Part shown: positions 63,895-64,000 of the stretch, one piece after another
Layout of the letters: every line of letters starts with the position of its first letter
Position numbering within the stretch: position 1 is the first letter of the stretch
Program-made: the position numbers and the translations under genes
Notes under the pieces: model-generated
Seen by the model: the letters and a program-made list of their open reading frames with translations, nothing else
Told to the model about the DNA's origin: nothing
Databases searched by the model: none
NCBI GenBank assembly: GCA_964540995.1
Contig: CAZIOU010000001.1
Location: 103,407 to 167,406 of the forward strand
Length of the DNA: 64,000 nt
From: an uncultured Gammaproteobacteria bacterium
GTDB lineage: Bacteria > Patescibacteriota > Patescibacteriia > UBA1558 > 2-01-FULL-52-15
Reading direction: 5' to 3'

Positions 63895-64000
63895 GTGAAA
63901 ACCGTCATTGTAGTCGAGCCTCAAGAGTGTCCCAAATGTCACAACGAGGCGGAAGGCCGAGATCCAGGCGGAGACTTCAAATGTCCCAGCTGTCAGCAAG
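63895..64000 (+). CDS. zinc-ribbon protein, N-terminal fragment (3' end outside window)
   Basis: AGGAGG 6 nt upstream of GTG. VKTVIVVEPQECPKCHNEAEGRDPGGDFKCPSCQQ has two CxxC pairs. Confidence 0.4.
   Translation, partial: MKTVIVVEPQECPKCHNEAEGRDPGGDFKCPSCQQ

Overview
The window is 64 kb of a compact, mostly plus-strand-coded bacterial chromosome that uses the standard genetic code (TGA, TAA and TAG all terminate recognisable genes). Genes are tightly packed and often overlap by a few nucleotides. Several starts are TTG or GTG, and the housekeeping content resembles small-genome Patescibacteria/CPR-type or Gram-positive-like lineages. The lineage is my inference and I could not verify it.

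Recognisable core genes, in order:
- Left side: murA (3' fragment), a CtpA-type S41 protease, rplI, pyrG, tRNA-Gln, eno, a phosphoglycerate mutase, and msrB-msrA followed by an MsrQ-like heme membrane protein.
- Right side: a PfkB sugar kinase, recJ, rnhA, holB, frr, rseP and proS.
- Cell-shape block: mreBCD-PBP2-greA followed by a second mreB.
- A 484-nt RNase P RNA directly abutting a polysaccharide locus: sugar phosphotransferase, three GT4 glycosyltransferases, a large membrane-anchored protein and murJ.
- lepA, ftsB, a parvulin-like PPIase, an antisense tRNA-Thr, an RlpA-like protein, ftsEX and rpmA.

Positions about 10.5-30.8 kb form a compositionally patchy accessory stretch. GC shifts are judged by eye, not computed.
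- A RhuM-Fic/Doc fusion protein.
- A GC-rich minus-strand block with an M50/S2P metalloprotease next to two secreted proteins that end in the same short C-terminal tail. This is a candidate undescribed sorting or processing module.
- An AT-rich restriction-modification-like island: a fused two-domain N6-adenine methyltransferase, a 422-aa unknown protein and a zinc-ribbon nuclease-like protein.
- A DUF2726 protein, bcp and an NYN nuclease.
- An IS200/RAYT-like HUH transposase gene that carries two perfect 20-bp palindromes inside its ORF. It is immediately followed by a PIF1-family helicase.
- mgtA.
- A second GC-rich block of very small membrane proteins.

A recurring hairpin (AAAACAGGGA...CTCTGTTTT) sits directly against the start codons of the NYN and RAYT genes. 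Looser versions occur after pyrG and the mutase gene. No CRISPR array, rRNA gene or intact prophage was seen. All calls rest on reading the sequence and recalled family motifs, with no database search.
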